DNA of 64,000 bases from Thalia democratica (Eukaryota): NCBI GenBank assembly GCA_965202585.1, contig OZ241833.1:45074001-45138000 (forward strand), read 5' to 3'. Under the pieces are notes generated by a model, which had not been told where the DNA came from, searched no databases, and worked only from the letters and a program-made list of their open reading frames with translations. This document shows, piece after piece, positions 12,407-24,876 of the stretch. Numbering within the stretch: the first letter of the stretch is position 1; the number at the start of each line of letters is the position of its first letter. Position numbers and translations under genes: made by a program.

Positions 12407-13734
12407 TTGCATTCTAGCAGAGTTTTTTTTTTCTTTTGGAAAATAACTTCGTTTTTACAATAGCACCAAGTGATCCATACAATTGTATACATACAATAAG
12501 CAGGAATTTAAAACTACTTGAACTCAGTAAGCTAATTTTGTAACATTGAAAAAATTAACTAAATGTTTTCCATTGTATACAAAAATAGTGCACAGTAAAC
12601 AACTAAAACATTATACCTTTAAAATTAGGGTTTTTTTTTAATATGTATATTTTAACTAATTATTTATAAAGATGTTTTAAACTTTAAATTTAAGTGTGCA
12701 CCGAAACATTTGAAACATCATACCGATAAAACATGAAGTAAATTCTATACTTTTTAAAAATTTGTTCGTAACACACTTTAATTTTATCTAAATAAACTTT
12801 ATGTGCACATGAAATTAATTTCTGTGCCCACAAATGTGTACAGATGCTTAATTTTATGTTTTTAACTTTTTTTTTTTATTTATATTAAGTTTCGGTTAAG
12901 CATAATATTTTTTTTACCGAATTAGGCTTTTAAACTTTTATTTGTTATAAGGCAAAAGAGTTTGTGAGAAATATTTGAACAAGAAATAATAATTTTCAAT
13001 GACTTTCAAATACATTCGTTTATTAATTCTTATAATAATAAACTATATGTCAATTGAGAAGCACTACTTTATTTAAACCATTTAAGTGCTCGTATTGGTG
13101 ATTAAAGTCTATAATGACAAGGGTTGCTGCATGCGAACCAAAGAATTTCAACTGAAATCCTTAGTTAAATTGAAATAAAAAAACTTAAGAAAAAATAAAC
13201 TGGAATGACTTGAAACATTGAATTTTTTTTTTTAATAACGGATATTAGCTCACTACTCTAGCCATCGCAGGCTTATTTCACGATTTTTCACGAACTTGGG
13301 CTCTGAAAGAATAAGAAAAGAAAACTTTATGAAAACGAAGTAGAAAAAGAAATAAATACTTTTATTTTTAATATAATTATTTGTTGCACCTTTTTGTTTG
13401 TTCTTTAACTGTTGTTTATCTTGTTTTAGAACACAAAAATCATGGCCTATTTAGTAGTCTAGTAATTTTTTTCACAGTGTTAAGTGATGATAACAAGTTT
13501 TACTTTATTCTAAAATACCTAAAAAAATGATCTTTTTATTGTGACTTAGGTATTTCAGCCAATGTTTAATGTTAGACTATAACTGATAAAAAATCTAAAT
13601 AGGTATTATACGTGTAGCTAAAAGAAATTAAAACTAACTCCCAGTTAAAAAAAACTGGCTAAAACTAAAACTGTGGTCCGCGAAATTTTGAAGCTTGAAA
13701 TTTATCATCTGCCTACCGAGAACCTCTTATTTTC

Positions 13735-13908
13735 AACCCGCGATCAAATCACACCCGATCAAATCCGAGAACTGCATACCGAATAAGAATAAAGGTTAGG
13801 GGTAACAGTGATAGAAAAAAAAAAATTAAATTAAAATAAAACAAAAAAAATAAAAAATAAAGGAATTAATAAATATATAAAAAAATCAGTGGGAATTGAT
13901 CGTGGGTT
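13735..13908. mobile_element. Small MITE-like element with A-rich core and GGTTAGGGGTAACAGTGATA motif
   Basis: Termini AACCCGCGATCAAAT / AATTGATCGTGGGTT; same internal motif as 30463 and 42583. No TSD seen. Confidence 0.55.
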
Positions 13909-14707
13909 AGAATTAACAGTATACCAGCTTACTGACCATCAAACTAAAGTAAAGTTTATTTCTAGAAGATAAACTATAATTCCCGAGCAGAAAATGAGAG
14001 GATAGTATGACATGTTTCTTTAAAATGCAAAGGACATACAGAACCAAACTTTAAAATAGCCAATAATTTTTTTTTCTTGTTTTAACTAATAAACTAGCCT
14101 TATATTGTTTGAAATTAGAAACAGATTACCTATTTCATACATTTATTTATAAACTAGCTGGCTAAGTAGTGTACTACACTAACGTTATGTACCAAATAAA
14201 ACACTGTTATGAGCAGTAATAGAAATAGATATGTACTTTTAAATTTTAAAAGGTATTTATTTAACCTCACATTTGTTTTGGTCAAAATTATAGCTTAAAT
14301 TCATTTGAAACATTAGATTGAAACAATTTTTGTATTATAAACTATTAAAAACATTTTATTGGTTATTATTCATTTAGCTTGTAATAGTTATATGCTAACA
14401 ATGAGTACCATAAATATACTTTTAGTGAGCTTCTTTTATTTATACTGTTCATAAATGTTCAAACTGAAATTTAGTGCTACGTTTTTCTTTAACTTTCATT
14501 TCAATAGAAATCATTAAAAGTTAAAATAAGAACTGTATGAGGTCAATTAAGTAGAAGAAAAATATTTTATGTATCTATATTCAAAGTAAAATCATTATTA
14601 TTAATAGTAAATGGTCAAGTTTATTGTTGAAAGTGCTCTAAAAATCAATTTTCTAAAAATAATTTATCTACTAATATAAATGATTGACGCTTGAGTGCGT
14701 TTCAAGC

Positions 14708-15955
14708 TTAACGCTTCATTGCGTTCTTCTTGGTATGCTCGGCTGCTTTCTTGTCGAATTGTTTCTTGTCTTTTACGAAAAGCTCTCCGATTTCTGGCAC
14801 CAATGCGTGAGTACCATCCGGGTTGGCGATGCGATCGAACATTGCTATTAAAACTGTTGAAAAATACTCAAGTTTTATGATTTATTTCTCACTTCAGATG
14901 TGAGTAATTAAAAGATGTTGATTAAACTAAAAAATAAGACAAGGGATAAACAAATTCAATTCTTTGTACATACAAAACATTAATACAATTATTTCATTAT
15001 TAAACTTTTTGTGCTATTTTATTCAACCAAATATAATCTATACGGATAACTATGCTTCTTAATTAGCAATCCGTTATTTAAGTAGTACTTTACACTAGAC
15101 AACTCACCTGAATTGATTTTGGTTGCTGGCGCCCAATTGTCAGCGGTGAGAAGCGGAAGGCAGACTTTTCCGTTGGCGTCCACGTTACAGTGGTAGATTG
15201 GAGTGGTAAAATTTATTGTGGGTGGTTTGAAGGGGTAGTTATCACAAAACTTTATGTTCACCATGAACGAACCCTTGTCATATGGTTTTCCCTGTAATAA
15301 AAGGTATTGTACTGTTTTAAAGTATTCTAAATCAAACCTTTTTGATATAGGATTGCTTTTATTTCTAATTTAAAATTAAAAAAAAAAAGTTTCTTTAACA
15401 TTCTTTTTCATTAGTTATTTATCAAATTAAATGTTTATTGTTATGAAAGTTGAGCTCTTAATTAATTTATAAATATTGTTAACAATTATATCATAAAAGA
15501 AATATTCAACATAAAAATTACTTACAGGCAACATTCTTATATTCCACTCTTTGATGTTAGATCCATCAGCGAGTTCCAAATCTGTGAATCCATCAGGAAG
15601 ACCTTGGCTACACAACAGTCCGTATTCCTGAGAATAAAAGTTTTAGTTTTTCTCTACAGAAGTGAGGTTATTGCTAATAAAGAACAAACGATTAATAAAA
15701 AGGTTTTTCAAAAGACCTTTTTTAAAACAATTGTGCGTACTACTTCTTAACAAATATTTTTTTTCATTTGAGAGCTTAAAACTATTAAAAAGGTTATTTT
15801 AAATCATATACCAGCTAAATAGTTTTTTTTAATGTTTATATAAAGTAATAATATTTTCTAGTTGTGGAACTTTAAGTATTAAAAAAAGTTATTAATTTAT
15901 ATATACACAAACCACTAACTTTTTGACATCTCTTCAGGCATTTATCTACAACCAT
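14708..15955 (-). CDS. UBE2L3: Ubiquitin-conjugating enzyme E2 L3 (UbcH7)-like, 155 aa
   Basis: Exons 15955-15920, 15627-15526, 15291-15108, 14853-14708 (468 nt). Motifs YPFKPP, IYHCNVD, KVCLP (active Cys with UbcH7-type Pro), DNWAPATK, PDGTHAL. Intron positions and phases match UBE2L3 as I recall it. Confidence 0.9.
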
Positions 15956-16502
15956 TTTGATTTTATTGTTTTACTAACTGTTTTACTAATCTGGAATGAA
16001 TTACTGCTAGGTTTTATATCTTACTGATGCAATACAAAATTTATAATATTATAAAATTTTCAAACTTGAGTTTTAAATATAAAAGTAAACAATTTTTAGT
16101 TTATTTGACTTCTAAAAACTTCTAAATAAAATTAAGGCATAAATTAAAATAAATAAAAGAAACTTTTGGACTATTAAATACTAAAATTAGCAGAAGTAGT
16201 CAACTGTTTAAGTTTATTTTTCCATACATATAAAAATATTTATTTAAAATTAATACTTATTCACAAAAGATCTGCTTCAAAACAAAGTTTTATAAAAATA
16301 ACTTATGAAAATGTATTTAATTGTAAATATTAAGTGAAGTTATGCTTGCCCACTTCTAATGTGTTATTACAGATTTACATAATCAACTTAAAAGTTTTTT
16401 TAATCAACTTAAAAGTGAAGTCAACTTTTAATTAACAACATATGGCAATTTTGCTTATGTAAAAAAACATATACCAGATTTATCACTAAACCAAGTGTTA
16501 AG

Positions 16503-16868
16503 TAGGTTTGCCACTGGTTTTTGAGAAATTTTTATTCAGGTTTTCTGTATTACTTCTAGGTTTTTGATAGTACATGTTTTTGGCAAATTTTAAGGTTTAA
16601 AACTTTTTTAAGCAATATAAAACATTGAAAAAATGCAGTATAACTACTTTAGTGTGGTTTTTAATTTTTAAAAGTTTAATGATGACAAAAATATTTTATA
16701 CTTATGATAAATTACTTATTTTAAATTGAATATTTACTATTTAACATATAAAAATTTGTTAAAATTTCAGGTTTATTTTAAAAATTTCTTAAACTCCGGG
16801 TTTTTTTGAGTTTTATTTTGCAAAATTAATTGTCAAATTCTTGTTAATCCAGGTTTTTGTCAAACCTG
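16503..16868 (-). mobile_element. Non-autonomous DNA transposon, CAGGGTTGCCA-TIR family, 6-bp TSD GTTAAG
   Basis: TAGGTTTGCCACTGG...TGTCAAACCTG flanked by GTTAAG on both sides; inverted relative to the 37527 copy. Confidence 0.75.
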
Positions 16869-17332
16869 GTTAAGGTTTTATCAAGATAATTTTAGTCAGC
16901 CAGCTTGAGATTAAAATAGCTATTAAAAATTTACTCTTAACCAATCTATGATACCGAAAACTACCATCACATTAATTCAAAGACACCAATAAAAAAAAGT
17001 TAAAACAAATAAAGAGGATAAAAAACAATAAAAAAATATTGGGGCTTAAAATTGCATTCAAATTAGGCTGAGCTTTGCATAAAATTCTAAATAAGTTTGA
17101 TTTATCATAAAACTGTAAGAAAAACTTTAATTTAGCCTGAGTTAACCAGATTTTTTTAATTTTTTTACATAACTCTTAAGAGTGTATAATACATACTAAA
17201 ACTTTTATTAGAAATTTGTGGATGGTTATCCCTTTTAAAAAGTCAATAGTTAATTTAAAGTTTGTCATGACACCATAAAAACACAAACTAAAACTAATTA
17301 TAACTGACTTTTCAAAGATTTTTTTTCTTGGG

Positions 17333-17734
17333 AAGGGTTACCAATGGTTTTTGGAAAATCTTCTTTAGGGTTTCAAAATTTTTTCCAGGTTTTTAAAATT
17401 TCACATTTTAGCTTTAATTTAAAATAAATTTTAAGGTAAAAAAATAATCAAATAGTACAACAACACTGAAAAGGTACTCTAAAGCTACTTTAAATGTATT
17501 TTAAAACTAAAATAAATTGATGATGACCAAAACTTTTTATCTTTATGATAGATTTTTTGGGTAAAATCAAAATTTCATTATTTTTAATGTATAAGTTGTT
17601 TGAAATTCCAGGTTCTAAATTCCAAGTTTAGACCAGGTTTTGTTATGTTTTTTTTTTCAAATTCCAGTTTTTTTTTTATTGTAAATTGTCCTCTTTAAGG
17701 TTTTTTCAGGTTTTCAGGTTTTGTGGCAATACTA
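17333..17734 (-). mobile_element. Degenerate CAGGGTTGCCA-family copy
   Basis: AAGGGTTACCAATGG...GTGGCAATACTA termini with CCAGGTTTT subterminal repeats; no TSD. Confidence 0.55.
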
Positions 17735-20700
17735 GTCTAAGCAACTTTAAATGTTTATATTAATACAAAAATTTTAAAAACCAGTTTATAAGTCTAATGT
17801 CTAAAATTTTAAACAATTAGTAATAAAAACAATTAAATCTACTACTATAAGTTAATTTTCTATTTGAAACTCATTACAAAAACATATATTAAGTTGTTTA
17901 TTAACATGTGAAGGTAAAAAATACTATCAATTATTCAAACTTTAACAAATTTGAAATATTTTTCAATTAGTTTTATATAAAGTTAAACTAGGCCAACATT
18001 TAGTAAAATTATAAGCCAATTTTTTAAGAAAGTATACTTTTAAAAGTCAGTCTGAGCTGAAAAAAGCTAGATCAGCAAATTTATAAAAGCTTTTTTTTGT
18101 ACCTTTATTCCTAACCCACCTTACCTAACAATATTTAAAACCATAAAAAGTATAAGTAGTCTTAACTAAAAACAAGATTAAATTTTTAAGCTTTTTTCAG
18201 CAAATACTGGCCTTTTTCTTAACTTTATTTGAAACAATTTTGACTGAACTAGTTAAAACACATACAATAAAAAAACATATATTACCAAACTATACTACCT
18301 AAATAAACATTTATTAGATTGAGTAGTTATTAACAACTCAAATTAATATCAGTAAATGTTTATTATATTGTGGAAATTATTCTAAATACTAGTGTGTTGG
18401 TCTCGTTTATAAAAGAATAAAACGAATTTGGTCTTTCAATACTTGTAACCTAAGCATTAAAATTGCTTTTTAATTCAATGATAGCAGGGATAAAGAAACA
18501 AATCAAGTCAAACTGCAAAAGCAGAGCTGTTAGATTTTATATGCAAACACCACATTACTCATCAAGCATTGCAATTTAAATTAAATAAAACAAAAACTTA
18601 TTAAGTATTCAGAAATCGTTATTTCTCAAGTTTACAATGTCCCCAAAAAACTATTAATATACTTTTTCTGTTGATTCCTAGGTGTATAATTTTATAACTA
18701 AAAGGTTTTATGTACGCTAGGTTCTTAGAGCAAACTTTTTGTTCTTTTTTTCGCGCAAGAAACATAAGAAAGTAGCACATGTGCACTAATAGTTCTGTTA
18801 AAAAGTATTTGCTAACACTTTAAAAATCATAGTTTAGCATGTATAATGTGTCTCTGCGAAAAAATAACATATAATATTTTAAAATATCTAAATCCTTTAG
18901 TTAATAAGCAAACAAACTACCTATAATTTACAATTTACGAAAAACTAAAAAAGAAAGATTATTTACCAACTAGATAAAACATTTTGCTTTTTGAAAATAA
19001 TTTTAGTTATAAAACTTGTATAAAATCATTAGTGTAAGTAATTTTTAAATATTTTTCAATGTTCGTAAACTATAAACAAAAAAAAAACAGTACAGAAGCC
19101 TTGAGTTTTACATAATACAATTTAAATATAAATGCCTCTTTTTTTCGATATAAATAACAATGTAGAAACTAAAAACTAATAGATGTAGACTTAAAAAAAA
19201 TTTCTAAGTAAAAGCTTAAATACTTTTACATAATTAAGTTAAATAAATAAAGTACTTTGTCGATACTGCTACTTAATTTGCTTTATGTAAATTAGCTTTA
19301 TATCTTAACTTTTTACTTCTAAGCAATATTGACTTAGTTTTTATGGCATTTAGAAATATAAAAATATTACCAAATAACTTAATCTTAATTTTTTCAGGAC
19401 TTAAATATTTAGTTAAAGTTTAATTAACACTATTGCTATAAGTTTTAGTGCTTACTTTTTGTTAAAGATAAAACAACCTAAATAATGCTTTAGACTTGGA
19501 TTATTTATAAAAATTATAAAAGTTAAAAAAACTACATTTTAACTAAAGTATGTTTTAAATACTAAAATAAGACTGTTTGAAAACTTTTTTAGAGTTTTAA
19601 TTTTATAGTAGTTAAATTAAACTAAAATAGTAAATTATAATTTTTCATTTATTGACAGCATTAAGATTTTGTTGTAAATAAATATAACAATTTAAATATA
19701 TTTAAAAAAGATTAATTTATAAAGTAATATTCGTTTTGCTTCATTGATTATGAATAAGCACTGTCGTTTTCAAACTAAAAATACTTTGTTAAACTACTTT
19801 AAAAACTCTCTTTTTTTTTATTTTTTTTTAAACTACTTATCTTAAGTTTTCTTATTTTCTATAATATAAACTAGAAAAAAACTTTTATCTAAGATAATAT
19901 ATTATGCTTCGTTAAATTGTTATTTTCTTATTTAATTTTTTTTTCTATGGCTACACATATTTAAAATCTTACTATTTTTCAATTATTTTATTGTCATTTG
20001 CGTTTATTAAACACTTTTAAAGCCTAATATTAGTATGGAAAATTACATCTAAAACTTAATGTCAAGAAATTATAATAAGTTTTAAGTGTCTGTTTAAGAA
20101 GGCCTCAAAAAATCAGAACTTATGCCAAAATATATTTGTTATATTTCAGCTATATACAACAATAAAATTCAAATCTACGTTTGTAATGAACAGATAATAT
20201 TTGTAAAAAAACCTTTTTTTTTTAATTTTTGAAATACTTTATAGATTATTTAAGCATATAAATAAAACTTACATAGTCATTTAAAGCTTTAGTTTTCAAT
20301 TAAGAGCGGTTTTATAAACATGCTATCAACAAAATATTTTTATTTTTTAAGGTTTCAGTTAAATAAAAAAAACATTTATTCTAGTTTGATTTTGTGTTTG
20401 TTAAAGTTACTTTATTCTTTTAGTTAACAACAATAACAGCTTTCAAACTACATAATAAATATACTTTAGTTCGAAAAATCCTTTAACAAAAATCCCTACT
20501 TGAGCTAAGATTTTTCTTTGGTAAACCATGCTTTAAAAAAATGATCAAAAATGTGCTTAACATGCAGAATAACACATTTGCAAATGTTTAAGTATATCAA
20601 CATAAAATGTTGAAACTTATTCAACTAATGTATATAAGAATTCAACAAACATGATATGAAAAATACTTTATTTTAAATTATATGATTTAAGTAAAAACAC

Positions 20701-21752
20701 TTTTCATGAAATACTATAAAATTGCCCAAGTTCTTATTTAAAATACAGTTACTCTGCAGCTCTCATTAAGAGCCTTACTTTAGGTTGTAAAAGTATGTTT
20801 GCATATTTTGAAAACCATTACAATCTTTAAAAATAAAGTCAATCCATTAATAAGTTATGACAAAATAACAATAGGTAGTTTTAAGGTATTATAGTTTTTA
20901 AAGTACTGCACTTTTTTCTAGTGGTAAAAAACATACTTAAAAAAATTACAGGCTGTTTAACTTAGAATCTTGTCAAAAGTGTTTACCTGGAGTTTTAAAA
21001 TTGAAGAAAAAAATAAAATAAAACTGGAAAACTCTGGATTTCATTTTCATTTTTGTTTTCGATCTTGCAGTGTTCAACTCAGAGAGTTTTCATAATTTTT
21101 ATTGAGACCCCTACATCAAGCCACATTTTGAGATTAAATAAATAAGAACAACTTTGATTTTTGAACAATTTTTACATATTAAATTTAAAAATCTAGATTA
21201 AATACAAAATGTATATTATATATAATACTTTTGAAACTTGATTTATGAAAATGGTAATTTAAAATGATATAACTTTATCTTTAAACTGACAAAAAAACTT
21301 TAACCTCCTAAGAAATAAAAAAGTATAAAAATAATAATTTTTTTTACATTGACTAAAAAATATCAGTCTCAAAATGTTATCCTTACAACAATAAACGCTT
21401 TCTGGAGAGTGAGTGTGTTACATCATGTGTAATTATACCTACCTCATAAAAGTTTAACTTTTTATTATTCAAAAACAAAATAAACACAAAAGTATCTTTT
21501 AAATGAAAAATATCCCTTAATCCCTTGGTGACACAACATCTGGAGAACACTCACAAGGCTGGAATCTCATAATTAAAAAAACAACAAAGTGTGGGAAAAT
21601 CATAAAGCTCAAACCCCAAAGCAACTGTTCACCAACACTACAAGAAAAAAAACCACCCCAACAATCCAACCATGTGATCACTGTCATCAGAGTGAACTCA
21701 CAATGAGTTGTTAAAAAAATACATTAAACTAGTATTTTAATGACTACATAAA

Positions 21753-21900
21753 AGGCATAGGGGAGGTAAATCACCTTTTTCACAAATTAGTTTTATTTTA
21801 TTGAGTTTAAACTAAGCTACAAGTTGCTTTTTATAGATTTTCAAAACTCAAATAATTTTTGAGATGTATAATAATCAAAAGCAATTGTTTAACTAAGTTT
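21753..21900 (+). mobile_element. Truncated left arm of the TTAA/GGGCATAGGG foldback family
   Basis: GGCATAGGGGAGGTAAATCACC... colinear with the 22236 copy. Confidence 0.6.
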
Positions 21901-22235
21901 TGGTAAAATGTTCTCACAATATACTGTTTTTGACACAAAAATATTATAAAAGACTGATTAAATTTTTTTTAATTAAAATTTGTTCTTTTTCAAAAACTAT
22001 AGTTATATACTCTAATGTACATTAACTATTAAATTTTGAGTTACAGTCAGTATTGTAAAAACATGTTACGATTACAAACAAATAAAGGAAAATATTTTAC
22101 AGTAATGTTTTTTTGTAGCTTTTAAGATTTTATTACAAATTTAAATTCTTAAAAGTTTCAAAAGCTATTTGCTTCGAATTTTTTGACAATATTTTTTTTT
22201 TTCATATTAAGAACAGCTTGTATGAAGCAGTTTAA

Positions 22236-22708
22236 GGGTATAGGTAGGAGGTAAATCACTTTTTTACAATTTGATCTTATTTTATAGAGTTTTAACTAAG
22301 CTACTATTTGCTTTTTATAGGTTTTCAAAACTCAAAATAATTTTTGAGATATAGCTGATCAAAGTCAGAGACTACAATAGGTTCCTTATGGATTTTTTTA
22401 GTCTATTTTTTTAAATTTCAGTTTTATAATTATAAATAGTTTTATTCAACACAATTTTTTAAATACTGCAAGGAACATTTCCTGAACGTTTGAGGCTAAT
22501 ATCTCATAAAACATAGGAAAAGATAAATTTTATGTGAAATAGTCATTTTTCTCCCTTTTAGTTTGCGCCTTGCATAAGGAATCTATTGTTGTCTCCAACT
22601 TTGACCAGCTATATCTTAAAATCTGTAAAAAGCATTTTGTAGCAAGTTAAAACTCTATGAAATAAGATCAATTTGTGAAAAAAGTTATTTACATTCCTCC
22701 CTGTGCCC
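22236..22708. mobile_element. TTAA-flanked MITE (GGG...CCC termini, Kolobok-like)
   Basis: TTAA|GGGTATAGG...CCTGTGCCC|TTAA. Confidence 0.75.
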
Positions 22709-23575
22709 TTAAAATAATAGTACAAATACAAATATGTTGTGTATTTAAGAAAATAAAAGTTTTACGTTTTAATTTAGTAGTTAAAAATTTAAAAATAATC
22801 CTCTCCTAAATGACGTTAAATAAAAATCTGACTAAGTATCTTTGTAAACAATTTTTAACAAGTGTATGAGAAATGTTTTTTATAAAAACATTTAAAACTT
22901 ACTGTTTTATTTCCTTTAATAAGGAAGATATTGAAGTTTTAAATATTGATCACTTGTACTAAACTTACTTAAAATTTGAAAAAAAAAAACAAAAAAACAA
23001 AAGTTACTTTGTTTTTTTAAGTAAAATTTACATAAAGTTTTCAAAATTGACTTACCCCATACAAACTAAACTTTTTTCAACCTCACTATCAAATCAAAAA
23101 TTAATTGCATCAACAGTAATCAAAAAGAAACATTGTACTGTTATTTACACCTATTATCTAAACTACAACCATATAAACGAAATCAACTTGAAAAGAAACC
23201 TTAAATATAAAAGGTTTAAAATTTGATGTCATACCCTGTTGCACATTTAGTTACATAATGTTACCTACATTTATTTTAAAAAAATTACAAATTCATAATT
23301 ATTTTTATACAAAATATGAACTTTCTATATAAGGTATATATTTGTAGTAATAAGCTAAGTTGCCTAAAAAGTGTAGAAAATGCAATTTTATGATAATTTA
23401 ATTGATTGTTTTTAACAATTGTACAATGATCTATTAATAACAATTTTTTTATTGGTAAAATTATATGGTTAAACATACTTGCAAATTTAAACAGCTTACC
23501 TAAACTAAAAACAAAACAGTTACTAAGCAGTAAAAAGTATTACTTATTTAGTTTACTGTGTGAAATTTTATTTAA

Positions 23576-24221
23576 GGGCATAGGGGGGTTAAACACTTTT
23601 TAACTTATTTTATACAGTTTTTATTAAGCAACAAGATGCTTTTTACAGATTTTGAAAATTCAAAATAGTTTTTGAGATATAGCCGGTCAAAGTGGGAGGC
23701 AACAATAGGATCCTTATGGGAGGCACAAACTAAAATGGCAAATAATTAGAAATCACTAAAAATCTATCTCCTCTTACGTTTTTTGAGATAACTACCTCAA
23801 ATTTTCAGGAAATGTTCCTTGATGTATTAAGAAATTTCTGTAGGAATAAAATAAAAAAAAAATTGAAACAAAATATCAAAAAAAAAACCTTTTTTGTTAA
23901 TTTTTGATATAAAATTTTTATTTTTTATTTTTTTTAAATTCTTTCTGACAGAATTTTCTAAATATATCAAGGAACACTTCATGAATATTTGAACTAGTTA
24001 TCTCAAAAAACGTAAGAGGAGATAGATTTTTAGTGATTTCTAATTATTTGCCATTTTAGTTTGTGCCTCCCATAAGGATCCTATAGTTGCCTCTGACTTT
24101 GACCAGCTTTATCTCAAAAACTATTTTGAATTTTCAAAATCTGTAAAAAGCATCTTGTAGCATAGTAAAAACTATATAAAATAAGTTAAAATTTCGAAAA
24201 AAGTATTTCACCCCTATACCC
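23576..24221. mobile_element. Foldback MITE with ~280-bp near-identical inverted arms, TTAA/TTAG flanks
   Basis: TTAA|GGGCATAGGGGG...CCCCTATACCC|TTAG. Arms share e.g. GGATCCTTATGGGAGGCACAAACTAAAATGGC and its reverse complement. Confidence 0.9.
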
Positions 24222-24876
24222 TTAGTTTTAGTTTGTTTAAAAATAACCAAAGTAAATAACTTCTAGTTAGTTACCTTCATTTACCTGAAGTTAATTGAAA
24301 ATTTAAAAAATACTTTTATTTGTTATTTCTGTATTTACAAACAGCTGTATGAAATAACACTGCAATCATAAACTGTTGCAAAATAAATATTTTAGTATTG
24401 GATATAAGAACCTTTATTTATAAACACAAAAAGTTCTGGTTGACAATCTTTGTAAAAAATTAAATAAATTTAAACAAATAAATGTTTGATAATATAAGTT
24501 GTTTTATACCTATTTTGTGCAGACAGTATGAAATCATACAAAAGTAATGTACATTAGCATGGAATCAGAAATTTATTTTTTGCTTAAATTTAACAAATAC
24601 ATGATATTTTTATAAGTTATATGTGTAAAAACATTGTGTAATTTGATGAAGTTTTGATTACATAATCTTTTTGTTATATCTGTCTTATACTCACAGAAGT
24701 ATGCTCTTCTAAAGTTATTTATACATTACTATGAAATCAGCAATTTTGTTTTTGTTTAAACTCGCATCTCAAATTCCAGAAATTGCCCTCAAAAGAACTG
24801 CTTTTTGCTTGAAAGGCTACTTTTGGTTACTTTTTGTGGCAAACTCTTTCTTACTGTAAACTTTATAAGATACAAC

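Noticed and set aside
13240-13310. Strong minus-strand acceptor followed by a short MARVVS ORF
   Set aside because: Could be a UTR exon of either neighbour, but no donor or coding homology supports a call.
15335-15375. Possible exon-3 shadow in UBE2L3 intron 2 (NPYQKG versus KPYDKG)
   Set aside because: Needs an indel, is short and AT-rich; not distinguishable from chance by eye.
21530-21715. GC-richer stretch with a CxxC (PCDHCHQ), possibly a LINE C-terminal remnant
   Set aside because: Too degenerate; no further recognisable motifs in a consistent frame.
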